From assembly GCA_013239625.1 (NCBI GenBank), contig MU054466.1, positions 4,551,770 through 4,615,769 on the forward strand: a DNA stretch of 64,000 bases, written 5' to 3'. Position numbers and translations under genes: made by a program. This DNA comes from Lama guanicoe. Lineage: Eukaryota. Shown in pieces: positions 11,201-23,200 of this stretch; the stretch's first letter is position 1; every line of letters starts with the position of its first letter. Under the pieces are notes generated by a model that was not told where the DNA came from, did no database searches, and saw only the letters and a program-made list of their open reading frames with translations.

Positions 11201-14200
11201 AGGCCATGTAAACATTTGAAACTCAGTGAACGCAATCCATTACATCAATANNNNNNNNNNNNNNNNNNNNNNNNNNNNNNNNNNNNNNNNNNNNNNNNNN
11301 NNNNNNNNNNNNNNNNNNNNNNNNNNNNNNNNNNNNNNNNNNNNNNNNNNNNNNNNNNNNNNNNNNNNNNNNNNNNNNNNNNNNNNNNNNNNNNNNNNNN
11401 ACAGCTAACGTAATACTTAACAGTGAGAAACTTGAAGCTTTCCCGCTGAGACCAGGAACAGGGCAAGGTTGCTTCCTCTTGCCACTCCCTTTCAAGTACT
11501 AACCAAGGTGGCAAGACAAGAAAAGGAAATAAAAGGTATACAGATTGGAAGAAAGAAATAAAACTGTCTTTGTTCACAGATGACACAATCACCAATGTAG
11601 AAAATCTGAAAGAACAGACCAAAAATCTGGACCCTGCTCCCAGCATGCTGTCAGCTGTGAAGAGGAAAGAGGCTCAGAAAGGAGGAAGAGCAAGTTCAGA
11701 GTCTCCCTCCAAACGGCCACTGGTGAGGCTGGGAGAACACAGCCCAGGGCGTCCCGAGCAGGTCCGCCCCGACCTGGCCTGTCGGTTCAGAGTCTTTTGG
11801 GGAGGAGGCCCGCACTCCTGGAGATCTCCCGCTATGCCACCTCTCTGGGTTTCAACACAGGCCCTTTCTGGCCTTGCCTGTCACCCAATTTAGGAAGCTG
11901 ACTCAGGGCTTTGCTGGCCCGGCTGAGCTCCAGGAGGTCGGCTCAGCTGGCCCCACACTGTTCCTGCCCCACCCCATAAGGAGGGCTTCACCATGTCCAA
12001 GCCAGGAGCCCCGTGCCTCAGCTTGGGTGGGTGTTAAACCCAAGAGTGCAGATCTGCCCGCTTTGGACTAAATCCCATCTGAGCCAAAGAGAGCCTGGGG
12101 TGGGTGGGAGGTGTGGCCAGGAAGGAGGGAGGAAGGGGAGAAGCCTCGGGGGCACTAAGAAGAGGTGTGGTGGGGCTAAGGAACTCAGGGAGGAACAGGT
12201 TTGGGGAAACCTGCAGGCCCTTCCCCCTTGTTTTCCAATGGGGGATGGGCCTGCATCCCCACACCTCCATAGCCCTCCGAACCCACTCCTGCCTACCAGC
12301 CCCAGGGCCCGCCTCGACGAGGACAGTAAAGTCGATGACCCGAGAGGTGAAGTCGAAGGCTGTCTGCTCGCCATTGTGGACCACCGAGATGCAGTGGCGG
12401 TCCCCATAGCTGGCCCGTGGCATGCCACCCTGGAAGATGGTGAAGGGCAACCTGGCAGGGAACAGAAGAGCAGGAGCTCAGGTGGGCTGGGGCTTCCGAC
12501 ACCACTGCTGACAGCCACACCACCCCGTGAGCCAGCCACATGGGCTGTTCTGTGACTGGCCTCTGTGGCAGGGCCTGGGAGGCCAGCCAGTCTCAGAGTG
12601 AGTTGAGTGTTCACTCAAGGTCCCCAGGAGGGGCTGGGGCAGAGCCTCATCTCTGTTCAACTGCAAGAGCCCAGGAGAGCTTGGGGGTGAGCGGAAGGGC
12701 AGGCCGCAGGTTCTGAGACTACTGCCACTCCTGCTCCAGCCAGAGTACCCCCACCACCCTTTGCTGCTTATCCATCAGGTCTCCCTGTATCATTCTGCTT
12801 GGTGAAACAGGCCTGCTGCTAAAACAGAGCTGGAAACCTGCTGGCCTGAATCATCTCTCCAGGATGACAGAAAGGAAAGAACGGAAATTTTTTTTTCAGG
12901 AATTAGCCAGTGAGAGGTACGAATGGCCCCTCTCCCTTCCCTGGAGACCCAGATGTGGGGCCCAAAGGCATTCACGAAGCACCTTCTCCCCTAGGCAGAG
13001 GTCTGCAGACTTTCCAGCCCCCCAAGAAGGTTCTGGAAAGGGAAAAGGAAAAGGACAGAGCACTGATACCTACCCCTGCTTAGTGGTCAGCCAGAAGATT
13101 TTGGTAATAGCTTTGCAAGGAAAGGGACCTAAAAGAAAAGGAGTCAGCTTGAACAAGTCCTCCCACTCTCAGAGGCACACGGGTTTGTCCCCGCGGAGCA
13201 GACCTATGCTTGGGTGTCTTGCTTGGAGCAGTTCCCTGAGCCATCATGGGTATCAGAAAACCTGCTGCGCGGCTTTGGACAAAGCTGTCACCCCTCTGGG
13301 CCCCAGGTTTTGCTTCTGTGAGTTGGATGCCTACACCTGACAGCAGGAGAGACCACCTGGAAACAGAGAGGGTGTTGTCCCGCTCACTGGAAGGCGGCCC
13401 CAGGTGGTGGGCGGAGCACTGACCGTAAGGCACACAGCTGCGAAGGGGTTCTGGTTGCTGGGTGTCGTGGGACACGGGCCACTGGTAGTAGCTGCCGTCA
13501 GAATGGCAGCTGACAATCAGGTGGCCATCCCGCTGCCAGCAGACGTTCTCCAGTTGCTTCACGGTGGGAGAGGAGAGAAAGAACATGTGGGCTGGGATCA
13601 GGGTGGCAGTCCCATCGCCCGTACCCCCACACCTCAGCATACAGGGCTTGGGAGAACCACGCGGCACCCACCAGTGTCCCAGGCACCCCCTACCTGGCTG
13701 CTGAGGAAATGACAGAGCACGCGGCTGCCCTGCAGGTCCCAGATGACGATGAGGCCCCGGCTGTAGCCAATGAGGATCTGGTTGGGGTCCCGAGGATGCT
13801 CCTGCAGAGCCTCCACCATCTCAAACACCCGCCGGTGGCGGGCCTCCTCTGGTAACCTGGGTGAGGGCAGAGCCGTGAGCCCACACTGCCATCCACCAAC
13901 GGAGTGTGGCCAAGAACATGGCACAGCCACACACACACATTCCACAAAGCAGTGGGCACCGAATGTGCCAGCACAGGAAGGCCACTAGGACACACTGCCA
14001 AGGGGGAGAGAAGCAACACACAGGACAGGACAGTGATATAGAAAACCCCCCAAGGATGCAAACACATGTGGCACAACTATAAGGAAAGGCAAGGAAGTGA
14101 TTTCCAGAAAAGTGGATGTGGAGGTTACTGATGGGGGAAGGAGGCGGGGAGCCGTGACTGGGAAGGGAGGTAGGGGGATCCTGGGGATCTGGCAAAGTTC

Positions 14201-17200
14201 TGTCTTTCCTCAGAGTTGGTGCATAGATGCTCACTTAACAAGAATCCATTATACCATACATTCAAACTTGGTGCATTTCTGTAAGGTGGTGGTATTTCAT
14301 TAAAAAAAAGTTTTTAAGACCCACAGAACAAAACTCTCTATATCAGTTGGCCTGGCCTTGAGCCTTGACCTCCTCTTCCTTTTCTGAGCCTGGAATGTGA
14401 TGTGAAGTCTGGAGGTGCTGCAGCTAACACGAGACTGTGAGGTGGCAGGTACAGAACCAAGAGCCAACACTGAGGATGGCAAGTAGGAAACTGCAACAGC
14501 CAGGACCCTAAGGGTATCTCTATGCTCAAACCCAAACCAAATTCTCTATATTTAGAATAAAGATTTAGATCCATTGGAGGTGTTTCCAAGGCACTCAGGC
14601 CGGAAAAGCCCAGGCAAGGGGCTCCTCCCAGACTAGACTCCCACCAGCGCAGGTGAAGCAGGTGCGGCACAGACACATGCTGAGGAGCAGGTCCTTCTGC
14701 TGTCCTGTCCACAGAGCAGGCACCCCAGCTGAACACCAGCCCTGCCTGTTGTCCTGCAAACAGTCCTGCTCTGACGGTGATCACGCTGCCCTGACTCTAC
14801 CCTATCCAGAGTGGGAAAGACAGGTTTGTGCTCAGGGGGACCCATTCCTAAGTGAGAATCTTCCCAACCCAACAACGTCCTGCCCTAGACAGCTGGGCCC
14901 TGCTTCACCTTCATCCGGAGACTGACGGCTGAGTGCCACAAGCCTAGTCCAGAGTCGTCAGGAAGCTTGAGTCTGAAGTAGCTTCACATCCCAGCTCCCT
15001 GGCCTCCTCCTTGCCCCACTTCGCTGCAGAATATTCCCCTGCCACCAACCCAGCCCCCGCAAGCTCCTGCTGGACTCCTTCATCTCCTCCCCTTTTGGGC
15101 CCTGGCCCCCTCTCTCCACACCCAGACCAGATCTGACTCCCTCTCTACCGCAGACACCACTATTAAGGAACAAAGATACTGAAACGATCTCGAGCCACCC
15201 ACTAGGGCTGTGGCTGCCAGGTGTCTGGGGCCAGGGGGCCTGCGTGCAAAGGGAAACGTAGCAGTGACTCCAAAGCACCAGCATCAGCAGAAGCCATCCC
15301 AGCTGACAAGGGAGGTTTGGGCCTGGCCCGCCCCTTCGTGGAGCCCCTGGGGCTTTGAAAGAGGTGGTATCAGTGCCAAGAATGCCAGACTGAGAGTTGG
15401 TAACATTACACAGTCATCTTGACTCTCATTTTCCTCACCTTTAAATGAGGTGACAAATTACTCCCAAGACTCATTTTCTTGCTAGGATGCTAACACATCT
15501 CAGGGTGAGATTCTCAATTTGGAGGACAGGTAGGAAGCTGAGAGTCTGTCCTTCCAACCCCACAGATCTTTCAGGAGAGAAATTATAAGCTCCTGAGACA
15601 TAACTGGGACTGAAAGGAGAAAGCCATGCCCAACTCAAGGGGACAGGTTCCTAAGGGCAGCAGGGTCTCTGGGCTCAGGGCTCACCGTTGTAGCACGGCG
15701 TCCGAGCTGATGGTCCGGTCCTCCAGTGTGCAGAAGGCCGGCAGCTGCACCACGAACACGTTGCCGCTCTCAGTGCCCAGGTAGAGCAGCTCGCGGGAGG
15801 AATGTGGCAGGACTACGGTGATCTGCGTGGCACTGGGGGCAGCCCTGCAGACAGGAATGATGGCTTGTGAACTGGCTGCTGCCTAGGCAGGCATGACAGG
15901 ATCCCCTGAACCCCTCACCCTTCCCAGGGAAGGCCACGCCTCGGGGAAGCAGGCACGTGAGATCCTTTAATGCAGTCCACAGCAACTCGGGCCAGGACAA
16001 ACCTGGGTTCTTTTCTGCCAAAACAGATGGCAGAGAGCTTGGGCTAGGAGGCAGAGAAAAATCCCTTGGAGCCTCCTGTGTAGGCACGGTGTGGGATGGA
16101 GGGAGGCAGGCGGCAGCCTGCCTGCTCCTCCCAGGGCACCCAGAGTCGGGTGCAGGGGTCAAGCCAGCTGGGAAAGCAAGACCAGGTCCTTACCCTGGGG
16201 GGCCACGTAGTGTGAAACTCTCATCTTCCTGTAGCTCCGACACCCCACCTTTGACCTTCAGGCTCCACAGGTGCAAACTGTTGTCATCCAGCAGGGTGAC
16301 CAGCTGGCACTAGGGAAGAAATGGGACAGGGGCAAGGGCGTGTTGTCTCTTTAACCAGGGAGGGACAGTATTCACTGAGACCGCCTAGCCCATGCTGGTT
16401 GTTTCAAAGAGACCCCCAGCTACTGTTAGGGTGACTGTGGACCGCGGCTGGGGAAAGGCAGGTGACCCAAGGCCCTCCCATCAGCACCAAACCCAGGGCA
16501 CCAAATGCCTGCCTCTTCATACACGCCTTCTGGAAGACATGAGAGCAAGGAGGGCAAGGAGAGGGCTCCTCACCTGTCCAGGCAGGAAGTGGATCTGTAC
16601 AACCGCATTGTTCTCCCGGTGCAGACCCATGAACTCCACCCCTGGGGCACCATAGCTAGGAGGAGCATGCTCAGGAAAAGCTCCAGAAGGCAGGACACCA
16701 CCCCGAGGCCAGGACCTCTGGGCTAAGGAGTGTAAATACCCAGCAGCAGAGAAGGGCTTGCCCTCATCCCAGGCAGCAGGACCCCTGCTTGAGGGATTAG
16801 GGTGGGAAGGATAGCCGTGGGCCTGGCCTAAGGGCGCACAGCAAGTAACCTGACCCCTGAAGGTGAGGCCAGCCAACCAGGGAGAGCTGTCCCAGCAGGC
16901 AGGTGGGGGGTGACTCGGTAGAAGGGTGAAGTCTTATCTCGGCAACGGTGAGGCTGCCCTTGCCCCCCACCCTACCCCATAACCTGTTGAACAGACCTAT
17001 CAGCTACCACATGGGGGCACCTGTGAGAAAACAGGGTGCTGCTGTAGGCCTACCCACAGCAGCCATGGCCACAAGTCTTGGCACTGGGAATCGGTAACCA
17101 GGGTATGGCTGTGGCCTGGCAATGATTAATCAGCTAAGGGAGGGCTGAGCTGGTGTGGGACCTGGGCCCCTGCCCTCCTGTGTATACACCACCTCCAGCC

Positions 17201-20200
17201 TAGCCCAGCACCCCCAGCCTCCCTGCCCAGCAGAGAGGGAGGGAATTACAGCTTTGCGGGAGGAGGTGCCGGCTGGGCTGACCACACCACCCACCTCCCA
17301 ATTCTCCTAGGTCCCACCCTAGCCCACCCTAGGGGCTCAGGTCAGATTCAGGGGTCCCAGACACAGGCCAGGGGAACCGAGTAGTGATCTCCCATCCTGG
17401 AACCTGTGGGCTTGCCTCTGAAATGGACTCACTGGACCATGTCCAGCCTCAGGCCAGGGAAGGGCTGTTCCTGCCGACTGGGAGTCCACTCTACTCCTTG
17501 GTGTGTATGTGTGCGTGTACATGGTGGGTGTGCATGTATATGGGGGGTGTGCATGGTCAGCAGTAGAGTCTGGAAGAGTGGTTGCCTAAACACTGCTCCT
17601 CTAATTTGAGGTCACCTTGTCTGCGGTTTGGACAGAGCCCTGGGATCAGACCATTGCCTCTTATGTGCACAGGCGAAGGAAAAACAACACTTCTTGGCCC
17701 TTCACCAGCTTCCACTCACTGCATTCAGAGCTGACCCCTAAGAGAGTATTTAGAATATCCCAGAACAAAAGGGGTCATCTGTGACTTGCTTTTCCATGGA
17801 GGGTGGGGGTCCTTCCTGAATCTCATCAACAGCAAGGCCCCCGCCCCTTCCAGGGCATCCTTGGGTGGGAGCTCGGAGAACGTAAGGATACAGCTTGACG
17901 GCTCCAGAGCGGGTGCCAATGGCCAGAATGCGCAGAGACGGGCTGTAGCCGAGGGCGCTGGGCTGGTGCGGGAATCCATGCTCCACCGTCTGCAAAGAGA
18001 AGCAGACAGGCATAGGTTTACAGACACATACTCTCCGCCCCTCCACAGCTGAGAGGGGTCAGTGCAGGATGGAGGAGCCACAGCACAGAGCCACCCCTAG
18101 CAGGAAGGAGGAATTCAGTCATGTTCAGGTCTCTACCCGGACCCATCTGGGCCCTCTGCCTCAGTCCATTTCTGACCCAGTCCTTGGCCACATGGCTCTT
18201 CCACAGACATCGTGCTGGCCCCATGTTCTCCGAGAACTCTGGGTTCCTCCACCATCCGTAATGTGGGTGACCCACCCAGCCATCCCACAGGGGTGCAGGG
18301 AAGCTCTGGCAGGGGGGCTGGCACAGTGGAGGCACCAGTCACTCAGGAAGCCTGGTGGCACCACAGATCCAGGTGGTCCCCTGGGGTCCGACGGAACCCA
18401 CAGCCATCCCTCAGCGAGGCTCCTCCAGTGCTGAAGACCTGCTCTGTCTCAGGGGCCTTTGCTGTCACTGTGAGTTCTCCTCCACCATCTTCCCAGAGAG
18501 GAAGCTGCTGGAGTGCTGTTGCAGACACAGGCTTCTGTTCATCTCTTATTATAGAAGTAATACACATTGTAGAAAACTTGGAACATATAATGGAGTTTGA
18601 AAAAGAAAAATCACCCATGGTCCCCCAACCGGAGTAACCCTTGCTAACAAGGGTGTGTGTCTGACTGTAGGCGTGTGTGGGTCTTTACTTAAAACCAGAG
18701 ACCTCAGAGAAACACAAATACCGTACAGTATCACTTACATGTGGAATCTAAAAACTACAACAATTTAGTGACTATAACAAAAAAGCAGACTCACAGATAC
18801 AGAGAACAAATTGGTGGTTACCAGTGGGGAGAGGTGAGAAGGGGTAATACATAGGGCTGGGGGAGTGGGAGGTACAAACCTACTGGGTATAAGAGAGGCT
18901 CAGGACATATTGTATAATGCGGGGAATATAGCCAATATTTGTAATAACTGTAAATGGAAAGTAACCTTTGAAAGTTGCAAAAAAAGTTTAAAATACAAAA
19001 AAGTTTTGTTGGGGGGAGGTGATTAGGTTTATTTATTTATAATCTTTTTTTAATAGAGGTACTGGGGATTGAACCTAGGACTTTGTGCCTGCTAAGCACA
19101 CACTCTACCACTGAGCTATACCTTCCACCTAATTAGGTCCCAGAGATCTAATTAGGGCCAGGCCACATGGATAACTATGTACATGTATAGCTCTGTAGTC
19201 TGTTTTTCCACCTACAGCCAGCCCAGGTTGTTAGAGGCACTAAAAGCACTTTTAAATGCCTGAAGACTATTCCTTAGGTGCAGGTGCCCTAACTTGCCAG
19301 GCCTCCATTACTGAACATTTACTTTGTTTTTAGAGGTTTTGCAGTCGCCCGGGGCACTGATGACCATTCTTGGGCTCCTATCTTGGCCTGCAACTCAGTA
19401 TTTCCTTAGGCAGATGTCCCAGGGGTGGAATTACAGGTTAAAAAGGGTCAGGTGTAAAGCACTAGAGATTTAGATCAACAAACCATCTTCGGGAAGGTTC
19501 CTGGTTGTTTCTTAATCAGCTAACCCTATCCCCCCAACTCCCACTGCAGGGGATCCTAAACCTGCAGAGCTAGATTAGATCTAGACAAAGGATGCCAGCC
19601 GGCTACTTTAAAGATCCCCCCCACCTCAAACCATGAAGACTCTGGCCTGCACCAGAAGGTTGCCCCAGTGAGGCAGCTCTCCTCAGGCCCAAGGCTCTGT
19701 GCTCCAGTCTTCACTTGGCCTCAGAGAAGCAGAAGGATATAAGTCCTGGTGACAGCTGGTGTGATAGGTGAGCAAACTCAAATGCTGCTAGTCCAGCCTG
19801 GTGGTTCACAGAAGGAGGCCCTGTGCTGGGGTCAGCCCAGGGAGGAGGGCTCCCAGGAGTGCCTATTCTGGGGAGGCAGAGGTGTGGGGGCCCCACAGGC
19901 CTGGTTCTTTGCCAGGAACACAGTCTGCCCTGCAAATGGCTATACCTGGGAGGGCAGAAGTATGCCAGCAGGACCTCCCCCTCCAATCTCCAGTCAGCCC
20001 AGGTTCCTGTTCAGCTATGTGAAAAATGCAGAGCCTGGAAAAGCCTTGGGGAGATAGCAGAGTGTCTGGAATGTAAACATTTCCCAGGAAAAGGAGGGCA
20101 GGGCATGTGATGGCCTGTGGGACAAGCTTCCCCAGGACCCCCGCTAGGCCTCGGCCAGGTTCCTGAGATGAGAGCATTTTCCCATCACCAAAGCCTCTGG

Positions 20201-23200
20201 GATTTGGAGGGCCCTGGGGGAAACCACCAGCAGGAGCCTGGTGGCCAGTAGAGGGTCCAGGCCCTGATGCCCAGTACAACAGCCACGAGCTGTGTGGGAC
20301 ACTGAGAACTTGCAGTGTGGCTAGTGCCACCAAGGAACTGAATTTTTAATTTTATTTAATTTTAATTAACCTAAATTTAAGAATGGGTGCTCAATTCAAT
20401 TACTGGAAAACTTCTCAGGTATGTTCTTGGGTTCCAAAGGAACAAAGGCTACAGTTAGGCAGACCAAGCTTCTAATCTTTTCCAACTGCCACATATTTCC
20501 AAAGAAAATTTAATGTCCAAATTGAGATGTGCCATAAGTGTAAAATACACGTTTGTATTTAAAACACAGAACCACTAAGCAAAAAAAAAAAATCTAGTAT
20601 CTATTGACTGTATATTGAAACAAGAATATTTCAGATATATTGGGTTAAACAGAGTATGTTATCAAAATTAATGACATTTGTTTAAAAATTTTTGTAATGA
20701 AGCTTCGACAACATTTTAATTGACACATGTGGCTCATATTATATTCCTACTGAACCGAGGTGCTGCCCTAGACACTTCTACCTCAGTGCATCAGCAGAAA
20801 AGTCAAGCCAAAGAGAAAACAGTCTGCAGTTTTGTCAAGGGTTCAGGCCACACATTATCCTCTCAACTCATCAGCAGGAAGTTCTGCTAACATCTCACCT
20901 GAGTCACTCTTGCTGCAGGGTGGGCTCTTTTCTCTTAACCCAGAGGGAGGTAAAGGTCGAGCCCATCATTCAATCACTCATACTCATTCCTCATTTCTTC
21001 GGGGTCCTGAGGACACTATGCCATTCCCCGTCCCTATTACCCATCCCCTCTTCTTTTCCAAAGGCTGGTTTTCAAACAAACAACAGGAATTGAGTCAGGC
21101 CCATGAAGTTTAGAATCCTCCGCTATCCCTTAAAAGGTGTCTGGACTTGGGTGAGCTACTTTGCCTCCCTGAGCCTCATTTCGTATGTGGTAAACACGAC
21201 AACTCTAATGACTGCAGTGAGCAGGCTGGCCTTGGCTCAAATGTGATGAGCCTCAGGACAACCACCTGACAGTGGCTGGAGGGCTTGGCTGTCTCACAGA
21301 GGCAGCACATAGGCCTTGCCCCATAAGCCCCCCACTTCCTTCTAAGGTTCTCCCTCATTCCCTCGCATTCCTCAGGGCATCTTCTCCCAGTTGACAACTC
21401 TGGAGGGACCAAGGGTCTCTCAAATACAAAATAAGGGGAGGGAATTTCACGGTGGCCCTAACTAACTGGGGTTAAGAGAGTGGTTCAAATGTAAATAGTG
21501 TGGTGACAGGGGATGATTCCCCAAGTCCAGGGAGTGAAGGTGGCCCTGCTTCAACATGCAAATAAGACCCAATCTCTGAATGGGCAGTATCATATGAGGC
21601 AAAGCAAGTCATGAGCTGGGGACCAGGTGGAGCAAGGAGGTGTGGGGGCCCCAGGCCAGTTACGAGCAGCCTGGGGTGCAAGGTCTGGCTAGAAATGGAG
21701 AAGGAATTTGGATATGGGGAGAGAGGAGAGGTCAGCTAAGTGAGAGGAACAGGGAGGAGCTGAACACCCAGGGCCCAAGGAGCCTGGGGAAGCAGGAAGG
21801 TTCCACGAGGTACCCCTGGCCTGCACTCCAGCTGTCCTCCCAAGCTCAGGTGCCCCTCCCATTCCCTGGGCGTCCCTCCCTCCAACTCCTAACAGCCTTT
21901 GAAGATTTGGTCCACATGGGCAGGAACCCGGTCTTGCCCCCACCCCAGCTTGTTTAGGGTTTAGGCACAGTCCCAGGACCCTGGAGCAAGGAGGGTATGA
22001 ACTTCCTTAAGAAAGCAACCCCAGGGCACCAGGGACACAACCCCAGGGACTACCACGGCACACAGTAACCCCAATCATCCCTCCACCCAGGATAGTGGGT
22101 GGGGCGTGGGCTCTGCCTGGAACGGTAGGTGTGGATTCCAGGGCCGGCCCTCACGGCCGGAGACCCCAGCCGTCTCCGGCTCAGGCTCAGGCTAGGAGGT
22201 TGACCAAATCCTGGCAGCCACTTGGGCCATCCTCCCATATCTCCTGAGCTCAGCATCCAGCTACCTGGCTCAGGTGACCTCTGCCAAGGGAGGAGAGAAC
22301 AATGAACTCTTTTGACAGGGAGCTGGGAAAGGGAGATTGGTAGGAGCCGCCAAACTGCAACATTAGTCTGGTGTGGGAGAGAAAGCCCATCTGTCTCAGT
22401 CTGGCTCCAGGACCCCATTTCAGGTTCCCAGAAGGGGGAGAGCAAAGGTGGTTTGTCACGGAGCCTGAGGCCCCTTACCCTGCCTCCAGCAAGGGGGCAC
22501 CCCGTCCAAGACTGAGGGTCAAGGAGTACCTAGCGCTGGTCGCAGGGTGGGAAGGAGGGCTGCCCGGGACCACAGGGGGTGCACAGAAGTGGGGTGGGGG
22601 ACAGAGAGGCACTGCCCCATACTGGGTGTGGTCAGCCCAGATTCCTGACAGTGGCAGCAACCCAGCCCTCCCTATGTGGCTGTCACCTGACACTGAGGCC
22701 CAGCCACGCAAAAGCCAAGACAAAACAGCCTGGCCCTGAACAGGGGCAGCTGGTCAGGAACACACTGTTCAGCGCTGGGGGTGGGGGAGGGTGGGCCTGG
22801 GTGCCCTTATCAGCTGGCTGGCGGGTTTCACCAGAGGGAGGGCCTCGAGGGATTTAAGGAAGGCGTTTTACTTAACATGAACTTACACCCCCTGCAGTCA
22901 TCCCCCTCTCCCCTGCTGTCCCCTCATTTGGTCTTCAGTGGCCCTGCTGGCACTGCCAGCCGACTTCTCTGTCTTCCCAACAGGCCTGAGGAGCCACCAC
23001 CCAGCACAGGAGAAGAACATTAAGTTGCCAGCCTGTGACCACAGAGCTGGTGGCAGATGGGAGTCCTCATTCCCAGCCAGGGCCCTCCTCGATCTGTTTC
23101 CTTGCCTACAGAATAGGACCGCCACCCACCTATGAGTTGTCAAGAGGACGAGGTGAAGACGAGGCTGAACTTGGCTCAGGACTAGCCATATGTGGGCACC

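Noticed and set aside
11147-11646. ORFs containing X runs
   Set aside because: Artefacts of translating through the N-gap within a decayed L1
19050-19126. Possible tRNA(Ala)-like gene
   Set aside because: A and B boxes are present, but the acceptor and anticodon stems are imperfect and it runs into a SINE tail; it is a SINE head
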